64,000 nucleotides of DNA from Alistipes sp. (GTDB lineage Bacteria; Bacteroidota; Bacteroidia; Bacteroidales; Rikenellaceae), in the NCBI GenBank assembly GCA_017465055.1, contig JAFTWZ010000039.1, forward strand, positions 9,851 to 73,850. Direction: 5' to 3'. The notes under the pieces were generated by a model. It saw only the letters and a list, made by a program, of their open reading frames with translations, was not told the DNA's origin and did not search any database. Numbering within the stretch: the first letter of the stretch is position 1; each line of letters begins with the position of its first letter. The position numbers were made by a program, and so were the translations under genes. Positions 26,737 to 36,737 of the stretch are shown piece by piece.

Positions 26737-28707
26737 TTAGTACTCTGCGAGGACTATACCCGTAATGGGTGATACGACAATCTTGCCACTCGAAACGTCG
26801 ATGTGACCTATGCCCTGCTCAACGACGTACTCGCCATCGCATATCCACTTATAGGTAGTTGCAGGAATCTCGAACTCTACAGCCTCGCGCGAGCCGTTCA
26901 TCAGCACCACGATACTCTTAGCCGTATCTATACCCCCGAGGTTGTGGAGGCAAAAGCCTATGGCCGCCTCGTTGTCGTTCTCGATGAAGCTCAGGTGCTC
27001 ACGTACGGCCTCAGCATCGCCCAGCGAGAAGGCGGCGTGGGCCTTACGCATAGCGATAAGTCCCTTGTGGAACTCAACAAGCTCCGAGTACTGGCTCTTG
27101 AGCGCCCAATCTATGGCGTTGTACTTGTCGGGAAGGTTATAGGTATTCTTCTCTCCGAGCTTCGAGCGATACATCTCCTCGCCACAGAAGATAAAGGGTG
27201 TGCCCTGCGACACAAATACGCCCATCTGAGCCAAGCGCACCATCTGCAGGCGCTCGCTCTCCGAGGCATCGGGAGAGAGGTGCTCGAGGCGATCGCGTAG
27301 ATTGTGGTCGTCGTGGCAGGTGACGTAGCTTATGTGCTGACGTGGCGACTGACACCACGCCGCCTCGCTGTGCTCTACCTCGGGATGTTCAACGCCACCA
27401 GCGATACCAAACTTAAGTGCCTCCTTGTTGCCCGCCACGCCGTGGACAAAGCCTCCTGCCGAGAGGTCGAGCGTGCCACGTAGCGCGTTGCGTATGTCGT
27501 CCGAGAATGCTCCGATGCCAGGCATACGGTATGTGTAGCGCTTGAATGCCAATTTCTCCTCGTCGTAGAGAGGTGCCTCTGCTGCCCAACCCTCGCCATA
27601 GAGCAGCACGTCGGGGTTGAGAGCCTCGAGGCGAGTGCGTATGAGGTTCATAGTCTCAATGTCGTGTATGGCCATAAGGTCGAAACGGAAACCGTCGATG
27701 TGGTACTCCTTGACCCAATACTCAAGCGACTCGACCATATACTTGCGCATCATAGGCTTCTCGCTGGCAGTCTCGTTGCCACAGCCCGAGCCATTGGCCA
27801 GTGTGCCATCCTCGCGCATACGGTAGAAATAGCCTGGCACCGTAAGCTCGAAGCCACAGTTCTCCACCGACGTGGTGTGGTTGTAGACCACGTCGAGCAC
27901 CACGGCAAGGCCGGCGTCGTGCAGAGCCTTGACTAAGGTCTTAAACTCACGGATGCGCGTCTCGGGCGTTGCGGGGTCTGTCGAGTATGTTCCCTCGGGG
28001 GTGTTGTAGTTCTTAGGCTCGTAGCCCCAGTTGTACTGGTCTGTAGGTTGCGACTCATCTATCGAGCCAAAATCTGCTGTGGGCAGAAGGTGTACGTGAG
28101 TGACGCCGAGCTCTACGAGGTGGTCGATACCTGTTGCCAGGCCCTCGAGCGAGCGTGTGCCGCGCTCGGCCAGACCTAAGTACTTGCCCGGATGGTGGCT
28201 TCCTGCTGAGGCGTGTGCCGTCATATCGCGGTAGTGGAGCTCATAGATTACGGTATTGCGAGGCTCTACATCTAAGACGCTATCTTCGCTCCACCCCTCG
28301 GGGTCGGTATCGCGCATATCGATGATTGCTCCGCGGTTGCCATTCACATCGAGCGCGCGTGCGAAGATGCCAGCCGTCTCGCGCAGCTCCTTACCCTCGA
28401 TAGTCACCTGGAAGGTGTAGTAGAGGCCCTTGTTGTCGCCCTCGATGGTCGTGCGCCAGAATCCCTGCTCGGCGCGCACCATCTCCTGTTCGCAGACTAT
28501 GTCGTTTTGGTCGTATAGGCGCACTACCACGCGCTCGGCGTCGGGCGACCATAGCTCAAACGAGGTAGCCGCAGGCGTGTATGCCATCTCGCAAAAGGGT
28601 GCTGTGGGGATGTTATCGCCCTCATCGGCCCTCTCAGTGGCACAGGCGATTGAGGCTACGGCAGCCACAATGGCGGCGCAGCACGTTGCAAGTTTACTAA
28701 GTCTCAT
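26737..28707 (-). CDS. pulA: Type I pullulanase (GH13)
   Basis: YNWGYEP, DVVYNHT, NGSGCGNE, DGFRFDLM, YGEGW, YVTCHDD. Lipoprotein-like signal. Confidence 0.93.
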   Translation of the reverse strand: MRLSKLATCCAAIVAAVASIACATERADEGDNIPTAPFCEMAYTPAATSFELWSPDAERVVVRLYDQNDIVCEQEMVRAEQGFWRTTIEGDNKGLYYTFQVTIEGKELRETAGIFARALDVNGNRGAIIDMRDTDPEGWSEDSVLDVEPRNTVIYELHYRDMTAHASAGSHHPGKYLGLAERGTRSLEGLATGIDHLVELGVTHVHLLPTADFGSIDESQPTDQYNWGYEPKNYNTPEGTYSTDPATPETRIREFKTLVKALHDAGLAVVLDVVYNHTTSVENCGFELTVPGYFYRMREDGTLANGSGCGNETASEKPMMRKYMVESLEYWVKEYHIDGFRFDLMAIHDIETMNLIRTRLEALNPDVLLYGEGWAAEAPLYDEEKLAFKRYTYRMPGIGAFSDDIRNALRGTLDLSAGGFVHGVAGNKEALKFGIAGGVEHPEVEHSEAAWCQSPRQHISYVTCHDDHNLRDRLEHLSPDASESERLQMVRLAQMGVFVSQGTPFIFCGEEMYRSKLGEKNTYNLPDKYNAIDWALKSQYSELVEFHKGLIAMRKAHAAFSLGDAEAVREHLSFIENDNEAAIGFCLHNLGGIDTAKSIVVLMNGSREAVEFEIPATTYKWICDGEYVVEQGIGHIDVSSGKIVVSPITGIVLAEY

Positions 28708-28887
28708 AATTGTATTGTGTTTGGTTATTAGCGTTGTTGCTATATCATACGCAAAATTAGCGCTTTTTTCCGTAACTTGCAACTTTGCGCCACCCGCGTC
28801 AGGGCTATTACTGCGCTACCACCCTCCGTGCCTATAAGGTTGGGGTATCATCACCGAGAAGCGAGAGAGTGGACTACAGAGACAGCA

Positions 28888-28919
28888 AGGGCTACCCACC
28901 ATATGCGATGAGTAGCCCT
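28888..28919 (-). terminator. Probable terminator after skp
   Basis: AGGGCTAC/GTAGCCCT stem downstream of the stop at 28949. Weak U tract. Confidence 0.5.
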
Positions 28920-28948
28920 CGAAGCTATACTTATATTAATAATAGTGC

Positions 28949-29485
28949 CTACTGAGCATCAACAACACCGAGCTCCTTCTTGACATCGGCTGTGATATCT
29001 GTCAGAGCTGCTGGGTCGAAGTAAGCCAATCCTGCCGAGCCTGGCTGATCGCCTGCTGTGCTGAACACTGCGACGTAACCGCCAGCCGAAGCAACCTTCT
29101 TAACAGCCTCGTTAGCCTTGTCGTAGATAGGCGTCATAACCTCAGCCTCCTTCTTCTGCATATCCTGCTGCGCTATCTGCTGGAAGTCCTGGAAGCGCTG
29201 CTGAAGCTCGGTAAGCTCGCGCTCCTTGAGCTGGCGAACAGAGTCGTTATAGGTAGAGACGTTCTTCTCGTAGTCGGCATAGAGTGTATTGAACTCCACC
29301 TGAATCTGCTCGAGCTGGTCCTGGAGGTCCTTACCATAGGTCTCGAGGTTGGTCTGCGCCTCCTTAAACTCGGGCATATTAGTAACTACGGCGGCCAAGT
29401 CAACGCGGCCAAACTTCTGTGCAAATGCCGATGATGCAGAGAGTACAAGCACCATAGCAAGGGTCAGTTTCAATAAATTCTTCAT
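28949..29485 (-). CDS. skp: OmpH/Skp chaperone
   Basis: AQKFG.VD, MPE, Q-rich coiled coil, DIT..V...LG. Confidence 0.9.
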   Translation of the reverse strand: MKNLLKLTLAMVLVLSASSAFAQKFGRVDLAAVVTNMPEFKEAQTNLETYGKDLQDQLEQIQVEFNTLYADYEKNVSTYNDSVRQLKERELTELQQRFQDFQQIAQQDMQKKEAEVMTPIYDKANEAVKKVASAGGYVAVFSTAGDQPGSAGLAYFDPAALTDITADVKKELGVVDAQ

Positions 29486-29541
29486 CTGAAAATCTTATAA
29501 ATTATTCTAATTAGTCTTATTATCTACGTCAGCATCGAGCA

Positions 29542-30048
29542 CTACTTCAGGCTCTCGATTATGCGGTCCGTGAAGTTCACCTTCTCCGAATAGTAAAGCA
29601 CTGTAGGATTGGCCGAGATGTCGATGATAAGGTCGTAGCCATACTGCTTAGCGAAGCTCTCCAACGCATCGAATACTCTCTTCTGGATAGGCTGAATAAG
29701 CTCCATACGCCTCTTCATAAGCTCTCCGTCGGTACCAAACAACGACTCCTGATACTTCACAGCCTCGGCCTCCTGGTCGAGAATCTGCTGCTCACGCTGC
29801 TGACGCTGCGCCTCCGAGAGTGCCGCACGCTGCTGCATATAGTTGTTGTAGAGGTTCTCAACGTCCGAGAACTTAGCATCTACCTTTTTCTGATAGTCGG
29901 CCGAGAGGGTCTCAATCTGCTCTAAGGCGTTGTTATAGTCAGCGATAGACTTAAATACCTTCTCGCTATCAACGACCATATAGTTCTGCGCCGATGCCAC
30001 ACCTGCGGTGAACACCATAGCCAAGATCGCAAAAATTACTCTTTTCAT
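29542..30048 (-). CDS. OmpH/Skp chaperone paralogue
   Basis: VDSE.VF, FG..GEL..RR.ELI.PIQ, YDLIID. Follows bamA. Confidence 0.9.
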   Translation of the reverse strand: MKRVIFAILAMVFTAGVASAQNYMVVDSEKVFKSIADYNNALEQIETLSADYQKKVDAKFSDVENLYNNYMQQRAALSEAQRQQREQQILDQEAEAVKYQESLFGTDGELMKRRMELIQPIQKRVFDALESFAKQYGYDLIIDISANPTVLYYSEKVNFTDRIIESLK

Positions 30049-30113
30049 AGCTGTCATATGTTTGTTCGTTATACAAATATACAAAATTATTTCAAATATA
30101 CTGCCAATAGCCT

Positions 30114-32672
30114 TTAGAATTGCTGACCCATAACGAAATGGAACTGCGAGCCGCTCGGCTTTGTTGAGCCGTAAGGGGCATCGAAGCCGTAACCCCAGTC
30201 GATGCCGAGCATACCGACAACGGGGAGGAAGAGGCGCACGCCGACACCTGCCGAACGCTTAATCTTAAATGGCGAGAACTCCTTCCACGAGTTAAAGCCG
30301 TTACCACCCTCGAGGAATCCGAGCACGTAGATCGACGAGTTAGGCTTAAGTATCACGGGGTAACGAAGCTCGACAGTGTACTTGTTGTATGCCACAGAGT
30401 AGTAGTCCGAGGGATCGAGAGCACCATCCTCGTAACCGCGCAGAGCGATGATGTCGACACCATAGATGTTATATCCTGTCATACCGTCGCCACCTATCTC
30501 GAAACGCTCAAACGGCGAAACCTTATTCTTGTTGTAGTGGCCCAGGTAACCCATCTCGGCACCGAGCATAAGCACTAAGTTCTGGTTCGGGGTGAGAGGG
30601 AAGTACCAGCGACCCTTGAGTAACCACTTATGGAACTCAATCCAGCGATAGCGATCCTGATCGGATAGCTGCTTCGAGGCGTAGTTCTTGCCATCCCACA
30701 ACGAGAATGGTGGCGTAGCCTGCACCGAGAGCGAGAAGTCTGAGCCCGAGCGCGAGAAGAATGGTGCATCGACAGACGAGCGCTGCAGGACTAACTTCAG
30801 CGACAGCGTGTTAGCGTTACCATCGCTTAGGATGAACGAATCCCAGCCACGTAGGCCATAACGCTGGTAACCAAGCTCGCCATAGAACGTAAAGTATGGA
30901 TCGGGCCACTGCAGACGCTTACCGAGACCGAGGAAGAGACCCATCGAGCGGTAGTACATCGTGGCGTTCTGCCATACGTAGTATGCGTTGTTCTGCTCCG
31001 AGATATAACCCGAGAGCGTAAACGAGTTTGGTCGTCGGCCTCCTAACCAGGGGTCTGTAAAGCTCAGCGACAGAGCCTTGTAGTATGTACCGTTTGTCTG
31101 TCCCGATATCGATAGTTTCTGGTTCTGTCCCGAGGGGTATGGCCTCCACGCACCGCGCTTGAAGAAGTTGCGCATCGAGAGGTTATTGAGTGTTACGCCT
31201 ATGCTACCGACAAACGTACCTGAGCCCCAACCACCAGCGATATTAAACTGATCCGACGCCTTCTCCTGCAGTGGCCAGTTGATGTTTACAAGCTCGTCCG
31301 ATACGGGCTGAATGTCGGGGATTATAGCCTGCTCGTCGAAGTGGCCCATACCCATAAGCGTACGCATAGTCTGCATCAGCAGCGCTCGGTTGTAGAGGTC
31401 GCCAGGGCGCACATATAGCTCGCGGCGAATAACCTCATCGTCGACACGTATATTACCCGAGATACCAACGTCGTTAATGGTAAACGGCTTACCCTCGAAG
31501 ATACGAATCTCAAGGTCGAGAGAATCGGGGCCCACGACAATCTCCGCAGGCTCGATCTGCGACATCAGGTAGCCATTATTGTTGTATAGCGACGAGATAG
31601 ACATCTCCTCGGGGTTCATCTCCTTGCCGATACCGAGGCGCTTATGCATCGACTTCTTGTCGTAGACATCGCCCGGTTGCACCCCGAACATTGTCGAGAG
31701 CTGCTCGGTAGAGTATACCGAGTTACCCACCCAGTTGATATTGCGGATATAGTACTTGTTGCCCTCCGACACGGTGATATCTACGCCTAAGGTCTCGTCG
31801 TCGATAAAGTACACCGAGTCACGCAGGATGGTGGCGTTGCGATAGCCTCGGGCGTTGTAGAAATCCAAGAGCAACTCCTTATCTGCCTCGTAGTCCTCCT
31901 TAATGAGCTTGCGATTCTGGAAGAAGAGGATGCTCTTCTGGTGCGTCTTCTTAAAGGTGCGACGCAGACGCTTATCGTCGAAGGCTTCGTTACCCTCGAA
32001 GTTGATTGCCCCTACCCTCACCTTAGGGCCTCGGTCGATGTCGAAGGTGACGTTTACGCACTGCTCATACGTAGTATCGTTTGTTATGCGAACATCTACC
32101 TCGCAGGTGCGGAAGCCCTTCTCGGCGTAGTGCTCCTTGAGTAGCTTGACATTCTTGTCGATGACATAGTCCGACAATTCGGTGTTACGGCGCAACTTGA
32201 GCACCTCCTCCATCAATTCCTTCTTCTTCGACTTCGACACACCCTCGATATCCCATCGTAGTATTCGTGCGCGCTCCTTGAGGAAGACCTCCAAGTCGAG
32301 CGAGTCGCCCTCGATGGTCGCACCTATCTGTATGTCCGAGAAGTATCGTGGTGCCCAGAGACGCTGCATAGCGTTTGAAATAAACTTGCTGGGCAGGTAT
32401 ATCGAGTCGCCCTCCTCCAAGCCTGCCGAGGCCTTGAGGATGCTATGGTTTAGGTACTTAACACCGTGCAGGTTAATCTTGCGGATGTAGTATAACTTAC
32501 CATCGCCCTCCGTAAGCACCGGAGCCGTAAGGTCGAAGTCTACGGTATCTGCAATCTCGTTATTTGCGGCATCGCCTATGGTATAACGCGACGATGCTAC
32601 TTGCGCCCGTAAGTCGGTGGCAGCAAATAGCAACATAGTTATAGCAATAAAGAGTATCTTCGTATATTTCAT
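30114..32672 (-). CDS. bamA: Outer-membrane protein assembly factor
   Basis: POTRA repeats (Y..KGF, VIRREL), SFTDPW, LRGYED, RSAGVGVR...P.VG.LG.DWGYGFD, terminal F. Confidence 0.96.
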   Translation of the reverse strand: MKYTKILFIAITMLLFAATDLRAQVASSRYTIGDAANNEIADTVDFDLTAPVLTEGDGKLYYIRKINLHGVKYLNHSILKASAGLEEGDSIYLPSKFISNAMQRLWAPRYFSDIQIGATIEGDSLDLEVFLKERARILRWDIEGVSKSKKKELMEEVLKLRRNTELSDYVIDKNVKLLKEHYAEKGFRTCEVDVRITNDTTYEQCVNVTFDIDRGPKVRVGAINFEGNEAFDDKRLRRTFKKTHQKSILFFQNRKLIKEDYEADKELLLDFYNARGYRNATILRDSVYFIDDETLGVDITVSEGNKYYIRNINWVGNSVYSTEQLSTMFGVQPGDVYDKKSMHKRLGIGKEMNPEEMSISSLYNNNGYLMSQIEPAEIVVGPDSLDLEIRIFEGKPFTINDVGISGNIRVDDEVIRRELYVRPGDLYNRALLMQTMRTLMGMGHFDEQAIIPDIQPVSDELVNINWPLQEKASDQFNIAGGWGSGTFVGSIGVTLNNLSMRNFFKRGAWRPYPSGQNQKLSISGQTNGTYYKALSLSFTDPWLGGRRPNSFTLSGYISEQNNAYYVWQNATMYYRSMGLFLGLGKRLQWPDPYFTFYGELGYQRYGLRGWDSFILSDGNANTLSLKLVLQRSSVDAPFFSRSGSDFSLSVQATPPFSLWDGKNYASKQLSDQDRYRWIEFHKWLLKGRWYFPLTPNQNLVLMLGAEMGYLGHYNKNKVSPFERFEIGGDGMTGYNIYGVDIIALRGYEDGALDPSDYYSVAYNKYTVELRYPVILKPNSSIYVLGFLEGGNGFNSWKEFSPFKIKRSAGVGVRLFLPVVGMLGIDWGYGFDAPYGSTKPSGSQFHFVMGQQF

Positions 32673-32677
32673 CTCTC

Positions 32678-33400
32678 TTAACATTCATCGTTGACTAATC
32701 CGTAGCGACGCTCGCGACCTGCGTATGCCTCCAACGCCTTGTCGAATGCCTCCTCGTCGAAGTCGGGCCACAGCACCTCGGGGAAGTACATCTCGGCATA
32801 GGAGGCCTGCCAAAGCAGGAAATTGCTTAGGCGACACTCGCCACTGGTACGGATTATTAGGTCGGGGTCGGGCATCTCGGAGGTCATAAGCGCCGATGCG
32901 AACAGCTGCTCATCTATATCCTCGGCCTGCATACGCCCCTCGGCCACCTGCTGTGCCAGGCTCTGCGCGGCGAGGAGTATCTCGCGGCGCGACGAGTAGT
33001 TAAAGGCCAACACTAATGTCAGCCTATCGCCTGAGGCTGTAGTTGCCTCGATGCGCTCGATCATCTCGAGCACCGACGCGGAGAATCGCGTGCGCTCGCC
33101 GAGGATCTTGACCCTCACACCCTGCTCAGCCAGCGCAGCTCCCTCGCCCACAACCGTGCGACAGAAGAGCTCCATAATGGCCTCAACCTCGGCAGCAGGA
33201 CGTCCCCAGTTCTCAGTCGAGAAGGCATAGAGCGTCAACCACTTCACGCCATTGCGCACAGCGGCACGCACCGCGCTACGCACCGACTCAACGCCTGCGA
33301 GGTGACCCTCGTAACGCTCCTTGCCGCGCTGCTTAGCCCAGCGACCATTGCCATCCATTATTATGGCTACGTGTGTTGGTATAGCTCTATTCTCTGTCAT
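32678..33400 (-). CDS. uppS: Undecaprenyl/polyprenyl diphosphate synthase
   Basis: HVAIIMDGNGRWA, YAFSTENW.RP, PDLIIRTSGE.RLSNFLLWQ, RERRYG. Confidence 0.96.
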   Translation of the reverse strand: MTENRAIPTHVAIIMDGNGRWAKQRGKERYEGHLAGVESVRSAVRAAVRNGVKWLTLYAFSTENWGRPAAEVEAIMELFCRTVVGEGAALAEQGVRVKILGERTRFSASVLEMIERIEATTASGDRLTLVLAFNYSSRREILLAAQSLAQQVAEGRMQAEDIDEQLFASALMTSEMPDPDLIIRTSGECRLSNFLLWQASYAEMYFPEVLWPDFDEEAFDKALEAYAGRERRYGLVNDEC

Positions 33401-33565
33401 AACGCCTCTACTTCGGGGTGTAAAATCTTGCAAATGTAAGCATTTAAATCTACAAAACACAATAGTGTGGCCACAATTTTTCTCACGTGCGTGGCGCACG
33501 CAAGGCTAAATCGCTAACAACCAGCAATATATCTCAACGCATACTGAACGCCTCTACCACAACGC

Positions 33566-34435
33566 TTAGCGGTTATCTACGCCCCACATCATCTTCTCTC
33601 TTAACGTGTCGTAGAAGGTATTATTATGTGGCGTAGCCAAAATCAGCGGCTCTTCGGCACGCTCGATTCTTATCGTAGCACCATCTTTGATGCGATACGT
33701 ACGGTTATCGGCCGAGAGGAGCACGTCGCTGCCACGCGACACGAGGCGCAGCGTGATGGTTATGTTGTTGGGTACGACCACAGGGCGCATAGTAAGGTTG
33801 TGAGGCGCCAGTGGTGAGAGTATCAAGCAGTTGCACATAGGGTCTACGACTGGACCTCCAGCACTTAGCGAGTAGGCCGTCGAGCCTGTTGGCGTCGACA
33901 CAACGAGGCCGTCACCGTGGTATGTCGCAATGCAGTTATCATCGACATAGGTCTCGACCGATATCATCGTAGCGCCACCGCGATGCACCGCCACCTCGTT
34001 AAGCGCCAAGGGGCTCTCCCGGCAATCTACATCGCCCGATATGCGCAACATATCGCGGCGCTGGTAGCTGATATTACCTCGTGCAATGCGCTCCAGCAGC
34101 TCGGCTATACCGTTGCCATTATCTGCTGTGAGGTATCCTAAGCGGCCACAGTTGATGCCCACCACAGGGACACTGCTCGAGGGCAGCAGCTGCACCGCCT
34201 CGAGGAGCGTGCCATCGCCGCCATAGGCCACCATCACGTCGTTATCGCTTGCCGAGGGGCGCTCACGATACACTCTTTCGGGGCGGACACGTACGTGAGT
34301 AAGTTGCTCTACGACCGCAGCAAAATCCTCGTTTATAGAGTAGTCTACGCCCAATTTTTCGATAGTCTGGAACATCTCGACTATCTGTTCTGTGCGATGG
34401 TTTACCTGCTTACGCGAAAAAAGTATTATGTTCAT
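33566..34435 (-). CDS. nadK: NAD kinase
   Basis: GGDGTLL, GINCGRLGYL, LNE, DGL.VSTPTGSTAYSLSAGGP. Confidence 0.95.
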   Translation of the reverse strand: MNIILFSRKQVNHRTEQIVEMFQTIEKLGVDYSINEDFAAVVEQLTHVRVRPERVYRERPSASDNDVMVAYGGDGTLLEAVQLLPSSSVPVVGINCGRLGYLTADNGNGIAELLERIARGNISYQRRDMLRISGDVDCRESPLALNEVAVHRGGATMISVETYVDDNCIATYHGDGLVVSTPTGSTAYSLSAGGPVVDPMCNCLILSPLAPHNLTMRPVVVPNNITITLRLVSRGSDVLLSADNRTYRIKDGATIRIERAEEPLILATPHNNTFYDTLREKMMWGVDNR

Positions 34436-34564
34436 TGCTTCAGAATGAAAAAAAATCGTAACTTTGCTTTCGCAAATATATGTAAAATTCTCGATATTAT
34501 AGGTCGATTCAACAAAAATAGAGCTTATTGATTTATAGTATTTTCGAGGAAAGAGATGAAAATT

Positions 34565-35296
34565 ATGACAAAACTAAGTGTAAACATCAATAAGATTGCC
34601 GTGGTGCGCAACTCGCGCGGTGGCAACATTCCAAACCTACTCAAGGCAGCACTCGACATCGAGCGCTTCGGTGCCGATGGTATCACCGTACACCCCCGCC
34701 CCGATGCTCGACACATACGCTACTCCGACGTACGCGAACTCAAGGCCAATATCGCCACCGAGCTCAACGTTGAGGGTAACCCCATCGAGAGCTTCTGCCA
34801 GCTGGTCGAGGAGGTGCGCCCTGCACAGGTGACCTTAGTGCCCGATGCCGAGGATGCCATCACCTCGTCGGCAGGCTGGGACACCATCAAACACCGCGAC
34901 TTCTTGCGCTCTATGGCCGACCGTTTTCACAAGGCGGGCATACGCGTATCTATCTTCGTTGACCCCGTTGTCGAGCAGGTTGCGGCGGCTAAGGAGTGTG
35001 GCGCCGACCGCGTAGAGCTATATACCGAGGCCTACGCTGCAGGCTACGCCGCTAACCGCGAGGAGGCCATAGCCCCCTACGTCGCTGCTGCCGAGGAGGC
35101 TCGCCGCGTGGGTCTGGGTCTCAACGCTGGCCACGACCTCAACACCGAGAACCTACAATACTTCATCGAGCGCATACCCTGGGTCGACGAGGTATCTATA
35201 GGCCACGCCCTTATCAGCGACGCCCTCTACTGGGGTTTAGAGAACACCGTGGAGATATACCAGCGATGCATCCGTCGCGCCAAGAATAGAGAATAA
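34565..35296 (+). CDS. pdxJ: Pyridoxine 5'-phosphate synthase
   Basis: LSVNINK.A..RNSR, GITVHPRPD.RHI, VELYT, NAGHDL, EVSIGHALI. Confidence 0.96.
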   Translation: MTKLSVNINKIAVVRNSRGGNIPNLLKAALDIERFGADGITVHPRPDARHIRYSDVRELKANIATELNVEGNPIESFCQLVEEVRPAQVTLVPDAEDAITSSAGWDTIKHRDFLRSMADRFHKAGIRVSIFVDPVVEQVAAAKECGADRVELYTEAYAAGYAANREEAIAPYVAAAEEARRVGLGLNAGHDLNTENLQYFIERIPWVDEVSIGHALISDALYWGLENTVEIYQRCIRRAKNRE

Positions 35297-35309
35297 GACT
35301 TAATAGCCG

Positions 35310-36722
35310 ATGCCACTTAAGAATCCGATTTTCAAACATATAACGAGCGTCGTCGACAGTATGGGCCTCGAGGCCTATGTTGTCGGTGGCTACGTTCGTG
35401 ACTACTACTTGCATCGCCCCTCGTCGGACATCGACGTGGTGGTGGTAGGTAGCGGCGTGGCCGTAGCCGAAGAGCTGGCCAAGCGCTTAGGCGCTAAGGT
35501 CACCATATACAAGACCTATGGCACGGCGATGCTCCGTTGGCACGATACCGAGGTAGAGTTCGTTGGCGCACGCCGCGAGAGCTACTCGCCGCAGTCGCGC
35601 AATCCACTTGTCGAGCCAGGCACATTGGAGGATGACCAGCGCCGCAGAGACTTCACAATCAACGCTATGGCGTGGTCGGTTAATGGCCACAACTTCGGCC
35701 AGTTAGTCGATCCCTTTGGAGGTATGTACGACCTCGAGGATTGCATCATACGCACCCCCTGCGAGCCCGATAAAACCTTCTCGGACGACCCTCTGAGAAT
35801 GATGCGTGCCGTGCGATTTGCCTCGCAGCTCGGCTTCGATATCGACGACGAGACCTTCGACGGCATATGTCGCCAGGCCGACCGCATAAAGATAATCACC
35901 AAGGAGCGTATCAACGTCGAGCTCAACAAGATTATGGCCTCTCCAGCGCCATCTATTGGCCTTACGCTTATGCGCACCTCGGGACTACTCAAGCACGTAC
36001 TCCCCGAGCTTGACCGTATGGCAGGCATCGAGCGTCGCGGCAAGCACGCCCATAAGGATAACTTCGAGCACACTATGAAGGTGCTCGACAACCTCGCCAA
36101 GCGCTCCGACGACTTGTGGCTTCGCTGGGCAGCCCTGCTCCACGACATTGGTAAGCCCTCGACCAAGGAGTATGACCCTCGCAACGGGTGGACCTTCCAC
36201 CAGCACGAGGCCGTTGGCTCGAAGTTAGTGCCGCAGATTTTCCGACGCCTGAAGTTGCCACTAAACGAGCCTATGCGCTTCGTTCAGAAGATGGTATTTC
36301 TACATATGCGCCCCATTGTTCTCTCCGAGGATTTGGTTACCGACTCTGCCGTACGCCGCCTACTCTTCGAGGCTGGCGACGATGTCGACAAGCTGATGAC
36401 CCTCTGCGAGGCCGACATCACCTCGGGCAACGACAACAAGGTGCGACTCTTTCTCCGCAACTTCGAGCTTGTGAGGGAGAAGATGCGCGACCTCGAGGAG
36501 CGCGACCGCATACGCAACTTCCAACCCCCGATTACGGGCGACCTGATTATGAAGACCTACAACCTTAGGCCTTCGAGCGTCATAGGCGAGATTAAGGAGA
36601 TTATTAAAAATGCCATACTCGATGGCGTAATCCCCAACGACTACGACGCCGCCTATAAGCTTATGGAAGAGGAGGCTGCAAAGCGAGGCATCACACGCCC
36701 CGAGAGCGCGGATAATCAGTAA
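35310..36722 (+). CDS. cca: CCA tRNA nucleotidyltransferase with HD domain
   Basis: VGGYVRD, DIDVVV, D..RRDFTINA, DDPLRMMRA.RF, LLHDIGKP. Confidence 0.9.
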   Translation: MPLKNPIFKHITSVVDSMGLEAYVVGGYVRDYYLHRPSSDIDVVVVGSGVAVAEELAKRLGAKVTIYKTYGTAMLRWHDTEVEFVGARRESYSPQSRNPLVEPGTLEDDQRRRDFTINAMAWSVNGHNFGQLVDPFGGMYDLEDCIIRTPCEPDKTFSDDPLRMMRAVRFASQLGFDIDDETFDGICRQADRIKIITKERINVELNKIMASPAPSIGLTLMRTSGLLKHVLPELDRMAGIERRGKHAHKDNFEHTMKVLDNLAKRSDDLWLRWAALLHDIGKPSTKEYDPRNGWTFHQHEAVGSKLVPQIFRRLKLPLNEPMRFVQKMVFLHMRPIVLSEDLVTDSAVRRLLFEAGDDVDKLMTLCEADITSGNDNKVRLFLRNFELVREKMRDLEERDRIRNFQPPITGDLIMKTYNLRPSSVIGEIKEIIKNAILDGVIPNDYDAAYKLMEEEAAKRGITRPESADNQ

Positions 36723-36737
36723 AATAACCGAGTAGCG

